Source: a virus (lineage: Duplodnaviria; Caudoviricetes). Taken from it: a DNA stretch of 45,326 bases. This document shows positions 1 through 9,272 of the stretch, piece after piece. The notes under the pieces were generated by a model. That model was not told the DNA's origin. It searched no databases and saw only the letters and a program-made list of their open reading frames with translations. Location: positions 1-45,326 of the IMG/VR virus record IMGVR_UViG_3300021121_000005, one strand, 5' to 3'. The first letter of the stretch is position 1. Each line of letters begins with the position of its first letter. The position numbers and the translations under genes are program-made.

Positions 1-386
1 AATCCAGCTTGCGTACCATCAAAAGCCACTTCTTGAATACTTGATAAAACACAGTTATTCAACTGAAATGGTGATAATGCTACAGAATCAGGATAGATTG
101 TTACAGATCCTAATGTTGTATTAGTTTCAATTTGAGATTTATATGCATTACCAAGAGCTTGCGTTCTTAATAAATGCATGGTTACATTTCCATAAATATA
201 TGGTTCAGGACTGGTTACTGCTCCAGTTAAAGTACCAATTAATAAAGATGTATCACCATCAAATCCTAAACTAATAGCTTCTTTTGCTAAATAAGAAGAA
301 GTTACATTGAGATTTGCGAAATTTGCATAAACTACACTTGCTAGTAGTCTATTTAATGTGCCTTGCACGACTTGTGGATTTGCCAT
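1..386 (-). CDS. Putative tail tube protein (runs off the window start)
   Basis: Not in ORF track. Hand translation MANPQVVQGTLNRLLASVVYANFANLNV... from ATG at 386 with AAGGAG RBS; lies directly after the sheath gene. Confidence 0.7.
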   Translation of the reverse strand, partial: MANPQVVQGTLNRLLASVVYANFANLNVTSSYLAKEAISLGFDGDTSLLIGTLTGAVTSPEPYIYGNVTMHLLRTQALGNAYKSQIETNTTLGSVTIYPDSVALSPFQLNNCVLSSIQEVAFDGTQAG

Positions 387-398
387 TATTTATTCTCC

Positions 399-1721
399 TT
401 AAACTGGAATATTTGAAGCAGTTAGGTAAATAGTAATGGAACTGAATCCTCTTAATGGTACAAAGGTACAGCTTAAACCTTTATAAACACCAACTGCATA
501 ATCTGATGGATTTTGAGCTACATAAGTAGCAAAAGATACAGCATTGACTGTAGCAGGTGAGAGAATTAATCCAAATGAAATACCATTATTAACTGTTGCT
601 TGAGCTACTTTTTGCAAAGTATTGATACCAGCCTGATTGTAGTACAAAGGATTTGTTGGAGTATTTGATCCATTAATAATTGCACCAGCTAATGAGGTTG
701 CAACATTAATAGATAACCAATCCACTGAATACCAGTAATTAAATGGATTGTTGTCCATGAAATTACCACCTTCAATTAGTGTATTACTAATCTGACCTTG
801 AGCACCTGTGAATACAAAATTAGCTCCACTAGCAAGAACTTGTGTTTGTTGCGTTAAAGTTAATGATGAATAAGGTGTTACTGAATAAATATAAGTATAT
901 TCAAGAGGTGAAGCTAAATTAGTAGAACTTGGATTGTATTCTAATGTTGCCCAAAAGAAAGCACTTGTACTAAATTCAGTAGCAGGAGCACTAGGACTTG
1001 GTAAAACAGCAAATACTGATTTAATTCCAGCATACAAATTATAATTTGCTAATGTAGTTGTTACATAAAAATACTGTTGAGCAGTTGTTCCTTCATATAA
1101 CTTGTACATATTAATAGCATTTGTATTAGCATCCCAACTCTTAGGAACTAAATAACTATAAAACTGTGGAGTTAAAGAACTTGCTGGTTGTCCTACATTT
1201 GCAGTAATGTAACTCTGTAGTGCTGTTACACCATTTGCTACAGTATTAGTTCCTAATTCAAGAACATAAACTCCTAAACTAGCACTTTGAGCAAAGAATG
1301 TATTTGCCATTGCTTGTAGTTCAACTGCTGAATTTAATTGGAATGTTCCAAGAGTTGATTCAGCACCGGGGTTTGTTGTTAATGGATAAGTAACAGTATT
1401 TGTTCCTGTAGCTGTTCCAGCAAAAGTACCATCATATCCTGATGGAAGTGTACCAGCAATCACGATTTGCACTGTTGCACCACTTGGAATTCCATGAGGT
1501 GTAGAAGTTGTTACTGTCACTACTGATGATGACCAAGTAATTGCAGTAATATTAATTGCTGGATTAATGATTGATGTAAGACTACTCAAGCTAGTTAATA
1601 GCTGAGTAGAACCTGTAGCTAATGTAGTACCCCCTTGGCTAACAAATGCACCTGTCCTTTGAAGGGTGTTAGGAGCACTGGCTACCTGTTGAGATACTAC
1701 TACATTGACAATGTTGGGCAT
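399..1721 (-). CDS. Tail sheath protein (DUF3383-like) with an inserted beta-rich domain
   Basis: 440 aa; C-terminal YWYSVDWLSIN...LYYNQAGINTLQ resembles sheath proteins; position between neck and tube genes. Confidence 0.75.
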   Translation of the reverse strand: MPNIVNVVVSQQVASAPNTLQRTGAFVSQGGTTLATGSTQLLTSLSSLTSIINPAINITAITWSSSVVTVTTSTPHGIPSGATVQIVIAGTLPSGYDGTFAGTATGTNTVTYPLTTNPGAESTLGTFQLNSAVELQAMANTFFAQSASLGVYVLELGTNTVANGVTALQSYITANVGQPASSLTPQFYSYLVPKSWDANTNAINMYKLYEGTTAQQYFYVTTTLANYNLYAGIKSVFAVLPSPSAPATEFSTSAFFWATLEYNPSSTNLASPLEYTYIYSVTPYSSLTLTQQTQVLASGANFVFTGAQGQISNTLIEGGNFMDNNPFNYWYSVDWLSINVATSLAGAIINGSNTPTNPLYYNQAGINTLQKVAQATVNNGISFGLILSPATVNAVSFATYVAQNPSDYAVGVYKGLSCTFVPLRGFSSITIYLTASNIPV

Positions 1722-1742
1722 AATGCTTCCTTATTTAAAAAA

Positions 1743-2060
1743 TTAAATGAAGCTGATAGATACAACTTGACCAGTTCCTACTTCGTACACGATGCCATTT
1801 TTACAAGGAAAATCAATTGTATAAGTACCTACAGTATTAGGGATGACAGCAACTAAATTTGAAGCACTTGCTCCACCAATAGTTGCAGAATCATAAATTC
1901 CACCTGTTGTTGATCCTGCTGTTGTTACATTGACTTTAGCGATACGACCACCTGTTGATTTAACTAAAGTATTTGCTGATACATTCAAGAATGTATTGAT
2001 GCCTTGTGCTGTAATTAATGCACCATTAATTACTGCTGGTTGTCCATTTCCAATTGCCAT
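1743..2060 (-). CDS. Small virion structural protein (hypothetical)
   Basis: 105 aa, G/T/V-rich, AAGGAG RBS, inside the structural operon. Confidence 0.6.
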   Translation of the reverse strand: MAIGNGQPAVINGALITAQGINTFLNVSANTLVKSTGGRIAKVNVTTAGSTTGGIYDSATIGGASASNLVAVIPNTVGTYTIDFPCKNGIVYEVGTGQVVSISFI

Positions 2061-2099
2061 GATAACTCCTTATTTAAACTGTTAAACACATAAAAAAAA

Positions 2100-3185
2100 C
2101 TACACTGGTACAGTACCTCTTGTAAGCGTAATAAATGCTTCCTGTATCAATTTTAATGCTACATCATTTACTGTACTTTGGTAATAACTAACCTCAAAAA
2201 TAATTGATTTTTTCTGAGCAAGAATACCAAATTCAGGCTGAGTAACCTTTTCATCAAAAATGATAGGCATATTCATCATGCCAATGTTATCAGTATTCAA
2301 ACTGTATTGATAGATGTAATTTACAAAATTTAAGGCTTCTTGATTTCTGATTCCAAATATACTAATTTTTACTGTATCTTTTGATAATTGTTGAATACTA
2401 GATTGAGTTGCAATTTCATTTTCTCCTGCAACTGCATAACCAGCTACAGCATATCCAGCCACAGCAGTTTTACTTTGATTTGCTATTGGAGCAATATTAC
2501 TAACAATAGGAAATTGTCCTAAAGCAATAGTAGATTGAATATCTACAGAAGCATAAGGTGGAGAAATATTTTGCCCTACCAAATAAGCAGGATACATTTG
2601 AAAGAATTGATTCAAAGATAACCAAATAGGTAAACTATTAGAAACAATCACGCTGGTAGAATCAAAATCTGTCATCGAATTGATCAACTGTGTATTCATA
2701 ATAGAATACAAAGCATCACCACGATAATGATATAAATCTGCTTGTTTATAATAGTTATCTCTACGACTGAAAGCAAAAGTTAAATCTTCATAATTCGCTA
2801 CATATAACAAATTAGGATTTAGTAGATTGAAATCTTGTATAAGTTGTGGAGAAGTAAAAATAGTATGGTTATAAGCTGTAGTGCGATCTTCCAACTGATG
2901 CATTTCAGTATTAAAATGGAATGATCCATTAACTGTAATTTTTCTCGATGGAAGGGTACTCCCTTTGTTGTTAAATTCAGCAAAGCCATAAGTTAAGGCA
3001 TTATAAATTGCTGTATCATTTAAAAGTGTTGCATTTACCCAAAAAACATAGCCATCCAAAGGCAAAATTAACTTCACATACAAAGTAAAAGTAACCTGTT
3101 CATTTCCTGACAGAGTTTGCATACCCTGAGTTAAACCAGCACCTAATTGTGGTTTAGCTCCTGAAGTTTCACCTATAGTTGCCAT
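2100..3185 (-). CDS. Putative neck / tail-completion protein
   Basis: 361 aa; position between head-tail adaptor and sheath; contains an AVAGY repeat. Confidence 0.55.
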   Translation of the reverse strand: MATIGETSGAKPQLGAGLTQGMQTLSGNEQVTFTLYVKLILPLDGYVFWVNATLLNDTAIYNALTYGFAEFNNKGSTLPSRKITVNGSFHFNTEMHQLEDRTTAYNHTIFTSPQLIQDFNLLNPNLLYVANYEDLTFAFSRRDNYYKQADLYHYRGDALYSIMNTQLINSMTDFDSTSVIVSNSLPIWLSLNQFFQMYPAYLVGQNISPPYASVDIQSTIALGQFPIVSNIAPIANQSKTAVAGYAVAGYAVAGENEIATQSSIQQLSKDTVKISIFGIRNQEALNFVNYIYQYSLNTDNIGMMNMPIIFDEKVTQPEFGILAQKKSIIFEVSYYQSTVNDVALKLIQEAFITLTRGTVPV

Positions 3186-3643
3186 TATTCAATCCATGCT
3201 TTTAAAGATGCTTCTAAAACTCCTGAATATATAAAAGAAGGTCTACGAGCATTTTTAGTTACTTTTCGTACTCCTCTTTTACCTTTTACATATTGCTTGG
3301 CTGATACATTTTTCATACGATAATTTGTACCATCAAGAGCGGCTTGTGTTGGTACACCTTCTATTCCAACATTTTCAACTTGTTGCAAATAGATCCACTT
3401 TTTTAAATCTTCTTCAATCATGGATGCACCAGCATTAATTGAATTTTGATAAGGAACTCCCAAAGCCATTTGAGCAATAGCTTGTTCTAATCCTTCTGCT
3501 AGATGATTCGCTATATTTTCAGTTTTATTATCAACAAATGCTGAAAATAATGTATATTTTTCTTCGAGTAACTTACCAACTTCATAAGTTGTTTTTTCAC
3601 CATAAGGTTCAGGGACATCAATAACCCCAAGGTGCAATTTCAT
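3185..3643 (-). CDS. Putative neck / morphogenesis protein
   Basis: Start moved to the ATG at 3643 (ATGA overlap with upstream stop); MKLHLGVIDVP...; structural gene order. Confidence 0.55.
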   Translation of the reverse strand: MKLHLGVIDVPEPYGEKTTYEVGKLLEEKYTLFSAFVDNKTENIANHLAEGLEQAIAQMALGVPYQNSINAGASMIEEDLKKWIYLQQVENVGIEGVPTQAALDGTNYRMKNVSAKQYVKGKRGVRKVTKNARRPSFIYSGVLEASLKAWIE

Positions 3644-4098
3644 GTTAATCCCCAAAGAGTTCCAATAGTTTGCATAAAAGCTAATGCTTGTCTGCCATAA
3701 GGATCTTTAATTGCTTGTAAATCTAATAATTGTAGATTTTGTAATCCTTTGCCTATTGTCAATGTTTCACTGGTGGAAACATCGCTTGCAGAGCTTATTA
3801 CTCCAGCTACAAAATTATTCATGCCATAGGCTTGTCTTGCATCAGCAAAAAATGTTTGACCTGCATAATCTTGTTGCCACTGTATTAATTGACTACCACC
3901 CCAGTTATACACAGTTAAGGTATAAATATCAGGAACAGTATTAGCAAAATCTTTAGGAACAATGTCCAATGCAATTTGAAAAGCATAGGCATATCCTTGA
4001 TCTGTAGGACTTATGACTACAGAATTCAATCCCATTACAGCTTGTGACCAAGCTACAAAACCTGCTAATGTTGGTGGAGAAGTAATGGGATCACTCAT
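3640..4098 (-). CDS. Putative head-tail adaptor (DUF4054-like)
   Basis: GVISSASDVSTS and DPYGRQALAF motifs typical of this adaptor type; follows the capsid genes. Confidence 0.6.
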   Translation of the reverse strand: MSDPITSPPTLAGFVAWSQAVMGLNSVVISPTDQGYAYAFQIALDIVPKDFANTVPDIYTLTVYNWGGSQLIQWQQDYAGQTFFADARQAYGMNNFVAGVISSASDVSTSETLTIGKGLQNLQLLDLQAIKDPYGRQALAFMQTIGTLWGLT

Positions 4099-4129
4099 AA
4101 TCAAATTGTACCTAAGTTAAATTAAAAAA

Positions 4130-4636
4130 TCATGCTTTTCTTGGTCTACCTCTACCTTTTGGAGCAATACCTTCTTTTACTACTTCAATGGTTTGTTCAA
4201 ATTTAGGTTCATTATCAGCATAATGCTTTCTTTCTTCGATGATTTCCACTTCCAAAGGTGCTTTTTGCTTTAAACCCATTTGTTGAGCAGTTTCAGATAT
4301 TTTTTGATCTGATGCTACTGCTGTAATTTTTCTTGCTTCAGTTGCTCTATCAATCATGGCTTGATCTCTTACAGAAATGCCATTTTCAATAGCTTCAACA
4401 TTAACAGGCTTGTCTATACGATAAGCCATTCCTGAAAAATTACCTTTAATTTTATCTACAGGTACTAACCCATAAACCTCATGTTGTTTTATGATTTGAT
4501 CAATTTCATCTTTTGATCCTTGAATCTTAACTTGTGATCCAGCCCTTATTCTTTCCATAAAAGGTCTTGGATTTTCAAACAACATATAAGTAAATTGATG
4601 ATCCTGTTTTGTACAATTAGCTATATAAAGTTCCAT
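4130..4636 (-). CDS. Hypothetical head-associated protein
   Basis: Likely start MELYIANCTKQ at 4636 with GGGGA RBS; basic C-terminus KGRGRPRKA; the upstream in-frame extension overlaps a structured RNA. Confidence 0.65.
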   Translation of the reverse strand: MELYIANCTKQDHQFTYMLFENPRPFMERIRAGSQVKIQGSKDEIDQIIKQHEVYGLVPVDKIKGNFSGMAYRIDKPVNVEAIENGISVRDQAMIDRATEARKITAVASDQKISETAQQMGLKQKAPLEVEIIEERKHYADNEPKFEQTIEVVKEGIAPKGRGRPRKA

Positions 4637-4650
4637 AATATTTCCCCAGT

Positions 4651-4730
4651 TGGGTGGGTGACAGATGATGCGGCACTTCTTTTGAAAGTACCCTGCCACC
4701 CATTGTTACAAACTTGGCATCACACAAGTC
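4651..4730 (-). ncRNA. Putative pseudoknotted structured RNA or 5' leader
   Basis: Hairpin ACUUG-UGUGAUGC-CAAGU; stem UGGGUGGCAG/CUGUCACCCA; inner stem GGUACUU/AAGUGCC; bulge GCAUCAU complementary to the first loop; TGnTATAGT extended -10 immediately upstream. Confidence 0.6.
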
Positions 4731-4744
4731 TTAATACTATAACA

Positions 4745-4900
4745 TTAACTTTTTGAAGCTGGTGATTCTGATGTATTATCTTTTGATACTTCAGGAGCAG
4801 GAGTGTCATTTACAACTGAATCGTTGTTTTTCTTTCCCATAAACTCACGAACTTCTTCCATGAATTTTTCCAATTCTCTAAGAACATTTTCAATCATCAT
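4745..4900 (-). CDS. Small hypothetical protein
   Basis: Start MMIENVLRELEK at 4900 behind an AAGGA RBS. Confidence 0.55.
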   Translation of the reverse strand: MMIENVLRELEKFMEEVREFMGKKNNDSVVNDTPAPEVSKDNTSESPASKS

Positions 4901-4913
4901 ATTTTTTTCCTTT

Positions 4914-4941
4914 AAAAAAAACCCCACAATTAAGTGGGGTT
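4914..4941 (-). terminator. Rho-independent terminator after the major capsid gene
   Basis: AACCCCAC/GTGGGGTT stem followed by a T-run on the minus strand. Confidence 0.8.
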
Positions 4942-4962
4942 AGTCTACTTCGCACATGAAAA

Positions 4963-5988
4963 TTAATAAGCCGCAGATAACAAATACATAGCTTCAGGTC
5001 TTAAACCCCAACCTGATGTAGATCTCATTGTGTATAAAGTTGTAATGCCACCATCAGGGATTGGAGTAGGAATCTCTGTAGGAGCAGATACATCAGTAAG
5101 CATCAATGAAGTAGCTGTTGTATTAGGTGTTAATGTAGCAAAAATGTTAGTGTTGATCTGAGCATTAGCTTTAGGGATGTTGAGTTCAGGAGCAATTAAA
5201 AGAATTGCGTCTGTACCACCAGCACCTTGACCAATCAAAGTATCATCAACTGCAAAACTAACATCATCACCACCTGCCCACTTAGCAACTGTTTCAACTA
5301 AACCTGCCGCTGTTTCAACACCAGCGCCAATTCTTTGGAACTGAGTTAATGAAACAACACCTGAGTAGCTGATTTGGCTAATAAAGCGTTGTGGAGCTAA
5401 GAATACTAAACGCAATGGCTGACCAATTTGCAATGTATTAGTCTTTAAAGTACCAATCATATTCAATAGGTATTGAGCCAATTGTCCTGAATCCCACTTG
5501 GAGTAGCCTGTATTACCATTAGTATCAGCACCTAAAGTAGATGTTGTAATACCAGCAGTATTGAGCAAGCCTTCACCATTTGAAGGATTGTATCCAAATA
5601 ACAATGCATTACGCAATTGTTGAGCAATACCTTGACGAGCCGCTAATCGCATAGCTTGTGGTAATGCATAACCCCAAACACCAGTAGCCGCTTCATCAAA
5701 GTTATCATACTGTGCTCTAGTTTGAACACGATATGTAGCAGTGCTGATCATAGAAGGAATGACTGAAGCACTTGGCAATTGGTTAAATTGAGATTGGTTA
5801 GCTTGAACCTGAGTTGTTACTTGTAGCTTTTTAGCATACACATACAAATCAGCTTCACCCAATCTTGGCATTGGATTTTCTGTAGCAAGGGTTGTAAACG
5901 CACCTGACGCTAAACTGTACTGCATAATCAGTTCAGGCATCATATAGTGTGGGTTAGCTGTTACAAATGAGGGAGCAAAGCCTGACAT
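4963..5988 (-). CDS. Major capsid protein (putative)
   Basis: 341 aa; follows the prohead and decoration genes and is followed by a terminator. Confidence 0.75.
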   Translation of the reverse strand: MSGFAPSFVTANPHYMMPELIMQYSLASGAFTTLATENPMPRLGEADLYVYAKKLQVTTQVQANQSQFNQLPSASVIPSMISTATYRVQTRAQYDNFDEAATGVWGYALPQAMRLAARQGIAQQLRNALLFGYNPSNGEGLLNTAGITTSTLGADTNGNTGYSKWDSGQLAQYLLNMIGTLKTNTLQIGQPLRLVFLAPQRFISQISYSGVVSLTQFQRIGAGVETAAGLVETVAKWAGGDDVSFAVDDTLIGQGAGGTDAILLIAPELNIPKANAQINTNIFATLTPNTTATSLMLTDVSAPTEIPTPIPDGGITTLYTMRSTSGWGLRPEAMYLLSAAY

Positions 5989-6003
5989 AGTAAAGTTCCT
6001 TTA

Positions 6004-6651
6004 TTAAATTAGGCAAAGAGCCACATATTGATTGTAAATCCAGTTGGCTGTATTTGTTCCTGAACTATAGGAAACAGTTTTATTGCCACTGGTGCTAACT
6101 GCGATAACCTTTACAGGGAAAGCAGATTGTGTACCGGGTTGTGTTGTTGTTACCCAGTTGTTTGTGTAGTTAAAGTAAACAGTAGTTGTAATCAATTGTC
6201 CATCAATACCTACAGAAGCAGGATCAAGGATCAAAGGAATACGAGCACCACTACCAAAACGATAGAAGTTTACTGACATACCGGGGCTGTATAAAGGTGC
6301 TGTACTTTGTGGAGTAGTGATACCTGCATAAGCCTGATTGTAAACTGCAATACCTGTTGGATTTGCAGAGCCAGTAGCTTGAAGAACTGAAGAACCAAGA
6401 GTAGCAGTGCCGGGCTGTACATTACCTGATAAAGTTCCTTGACCATTTTGTCCAACAGCAGAAAATTCCTGAATTGGAATACCACCCCATAATGGAGTAG
6501 TTGCTGATGTTGAAAGAATACCACCAGCTAAATAAAACTTAACTGCTGGATCATCTTGTGCATCACCTTGCGTAAAACCAGCAGAGTTGGTATTAAATAA
6601 ACCACTCGCATTGGTTGTTTGCATAGGATTTAGTGAAATGAGTGCTGACAT
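6004..6651 (-). CDS. Putative capsid decoration / cement protein
   Basis: 215 aa, G/S/T-rich, between the prohead protein and the capsid gene. Confidence 0.6.
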   Translation of the reverse strand: MSALISLNPMQTTNASGLFNTNSAGFTQGDAQDDPAVKFYLAGGILSTSATTPLWGGIPIQEFSAVGQNGQGTLSGNVQPGTATLGSSVLQATGSANPTGIAVYNQAYAGITTPQSTAPLYSPGMSVNFYRFGSGARIPLILDPASVGIDGQLITTTVYFNYTNNWVTTTQPGTQSAFPVKVIAVSTSGNKTVSYSSGTNTANWIYNQYVALCLI

Positions 6652-6661
6652 AATCTAATCC

Positions 6662-9262
6662 TTATCTTTTGAAGTTGTTGAGGTTGAATTCCTTAACTCT
6701 TTGAGCAGGAACTTTAAAAGCATCTAGCCAACCAAAACCACCTTTGAACTTGGTAATAGTACGACCTGAAGCATCTCTTTCCTTAATTTCATATTCTGCA
6801 TCATTAGCATACAAAGTAGGAGATTTAGCGGCTTTCAATGCGTCATTAAAAATTTGCTTTTCTGCAATAGAGAGCATCTTTTCACCCTTGATTTCTTTAA
6901 GAAGATTTACATCTTTATAAGTATCAGAGTATGCCTGTAATCCACGCAACAAACGCTTACGATAAGCAATTAAACTTTCGCCTTGTAATGGTCTTGAAGC
7001 AGATTTGCCAAATGATGCAAATACTGAATCAGCTTTAGCTTGAGCATCAGCATATTTTGCTTCTTCTTCATCCATCTTCATGGCTTCTTCATCTTTCTTA
7101 GACATTTTTTTGTCATCGTCATCATCGTCATCATCTTCATCTTTTTTGAATTCCATGTGACCCGGATGTTCTACTTTACCTTCATCATCAGGCTTCATTT
7201 CTCCAGCCTTTCCATATTCTTTAGGATCAGAGCCTTCAGAATCCATGCGATCATCATCGTCATCTTTACGCTTTTTAGCATCCATCTTTCTTTCCATGAA
7301 TTTCTTGGCTTCTGATTCTGATTCTTCTTCATCATCATCGCACATTGCATCATCATCGTCTTTTTTGGCTTTCTTTTTGTCAGCCGCAGTAACCAATGGT
7401 GGTGCTGGTAAGTTTTTTTCCATACTATCTACACGATAAGCAAGATTGCTCAAGGCTGATAGAATGGCATCTAATTTTTCACCTTGGGCATCTGCCTTTG
7501 GTGCATTTACATTTTCATTCATATTTGATACCTCAGGGTTAGTTAATAAAACTCCGGCTGGATCGCCACCTTTATCCCATACTCCCTTAGATCCTCTAGC
7601 TTTGGTAACAATAGCTATATGATCTAAAAGAAATGGAACACCTTCTATTAAGAGTGGTTCACCATTCTCAGTAGTAAGTGTAGTGTTTCCTGCTGTATTG
7701 TCAAATACAACAGAAGGGGATGTACTAATTTCACCTTCGCAAATCTCATTAATTGCGTTTTGATCGTAAATTTTAGCAATACCCCAAACTTCGTCACCTT
7801 TAATATAAGGTAACATAATACTTCCAACTGCTCTATCTTTGAATTCTTTTCCATTCAATACAGCAGTTTCAGGGTGATCCATGATCACCATTAAACCATT
7901 ACATCTTTTTAAAAATTCATCATTTAAATATAGTGACGAATCTCTCCAAACATATTCACCTATAGAACCTCTATATGCTAATCCAGTTCCAGTAATGCGA
8001 ATTGCCAATAGCATAATATTCGCATACATTTGTGGACTTGGCAAAACATTTGCTTTAACTAATTCTGCAACATCCAATTCAGTTTTAATACTTGCTACTT
8101 TCATTGCTATTTCTAAACCGGGGTGCAATGGCTGTGGTGGTTGATTAACAGGACACCAATCGTATCCAGTAGATTCATAATTTAGCTTAACATCGCACTT
8201 TTCAAAACCTCTTGCGATATAAGTACAAAATTGACCATCATCATGCAATACTTCAAGTTTGCCCTTGTAATCAATCCCTGTTTCCTCGAAACATTCTCTA
8301 CGAGCACATTCTTCTAAACTTTCATCTTTTGGGTTCTGATGACCACCGGGTACTGCCCATGTGTAAGGGTAATCCCCACCATCACCTCTGCGAATCATTA
8401 AAACTTCGCCACCATCAGTTAAAAATAATATTCCTGAAGCTCTGCCTTCTGCTCCAGCATCTTTAGCTATAGGCTTGGATTCTTGAGCAGGAACTTGTTC
8501 CCCATGAATATCTGAAATACTCATTGCTGAATCAGGTACACAATTAGGAACTTGTTTACCATTTTTTTCTTTCATACCTACTTGATGGTAATCTTGCCAG
8601 CATGGATCTTCATCAGGAATAGATTCTGCATAATCAATTAAAGCATCCAAGATATTGGTTAAATCATGCTTGACATCATCAGCATCACATTTCCACTTAC
8701 GCAAGGATTTATTAATTCTTGAATCAGGATCATGGGCTGTTTTTTCTGATGTTAATTTTGCTTTCATGCCCTTCATACGAGCACAAAATGACGCTTTTCT
8801 TGATCCACCTTCAGGTTGTGGAGCTTTTAAATGTGCATGGTGAGTTCTATTGTAGTTTTCTCTACCTTTTTCATTTAATCCACCATTTTTATTTTCACCT
8901 TTTTTGGTTTGCCAAACTTCAGTATCAACACCAAATCTAGGAACTAGTTCACCATTTCTGACCATTACATCATCAGATTGCATGGCTTTTTGTAGGTAAT
9001 TATCTACTTTTACACCTAGAATTTTACGACTAATAGCTTCTATTTCATGCCTAATTGAAGCAAGCTGATGCTTCGCTTCGCTTAATTCAGAGCTTTCATC
9101 TTCTATAAATTCAGGGGTACTTAATGGGGTGGGTTCTTCAGGGGATTCATCTTTTGAATGTTTGATGAATTTTTTTGCTACTTCTTTAGGGATGCCAATA
9201 TTGCTTTTGCCACTTGCCGCGGCATACATAGCTTTTCGTTGCTTTTCTGATTCAAATGGCAT
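6662..9262 (-). CDS. Composite prohead protein: N-terminal small modules + Nudix hydrolase + DUF2213-like protease/scaffold
   Basis: Nudix box GGHQNPKDESLEECARRECFEETGI; IRITGTG, MDHP, STSPSV and DHIAIV motifs; acidic low-complexity scaffold-like C-terminus. Confidence 0.75.
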   Translation of the reverse strand: MPFESEKQRKAMYAAASGKSNIGIPKEVAKKFIKHSKDESPEEPTPLSTPEFIEDESSELSEAKHQLASIRHEIEAISRKILGVKVDNYLQKAMQSDDVMVRNGELVPRFGVDTEVWQTKKGENKNGGLNEKGRENYNRTHHAHLKAPQPEGGSRKASFCARMKGMKAKLTSEKTAHDPDSRINKSLRKWKCDADDVKHDLTNILDALIDYAESIPDEDPCWQDYHQVGMKEKNGKQVPNCVPDSAMSISDIHGEQVPAQESKPIAKDAGAEGRASGILFLTDGGEVLMIRRGDGGDYPYTWAVPGGHQNPKDESLEECARRECFEETGIDYKGKLEVLHDDGQFCTYIARGFEKCDVKLNYESTGYDWCPVNQPPQPLHPGLEIAMKVASIKTELDVAELVKANVLPSPQMYANIMLLAIRITGTGLAYRGSIGEYVWRDSSLYLNDEFLKRCNGLMVIMDHPETAVLNGKEFKDRAVGSIMLPYIKGDEVWGIAKIYDQNAINEICEGEISTSPSVVFDNTAGNTTLTTENGEPLLIEGVPFLLDHIAIVTKARGSKGVWDKGGDPAGVLLTNPEVSNMNENVNAPKADAQGEKLDAILSALSNLAYRVDSMEKNLPAPPLVTAADKKKAKKDDDDAMCDDDEEESESEAKKFMERKMDAKKRKDDDDDRMDSEGSDPKEYGKAGEMKPDDEGKVEHPGHMEFKKDEDDDDDDDDKKMSKKDEEAMKMDEEEAKYADAQAKADSVFASFGKSASRPLQGESLIAYRKRLLRGLQAYSDTYKDVNLLKEIKGEKMLSIAEKQIFNDALKAAKSPTLYANDAEYEIKERDASGRTITKFKGGFGWLDAFKVPAQRVKEFNLNNFKR

Positions 9263-9272
9263 AAAAAATACC

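Noticed and set aside
4637-4699. N-terminal extension of the 189-aa ORF
   Set aside because: A better RBS precedes the ATG at 4636, and the extension coincides with the RNA structure.
7040-8940. Plus-strand ORFs opposite the prohead gene, and similar shadow ORFs at 1635, 3711, 13612, 14272-14860, 16262, 19209, 29758, 33894, 35790, 40918 and 43282
   Set aside because: Antisense shadows of well-supported genes with no RBS or recognisable motifs.
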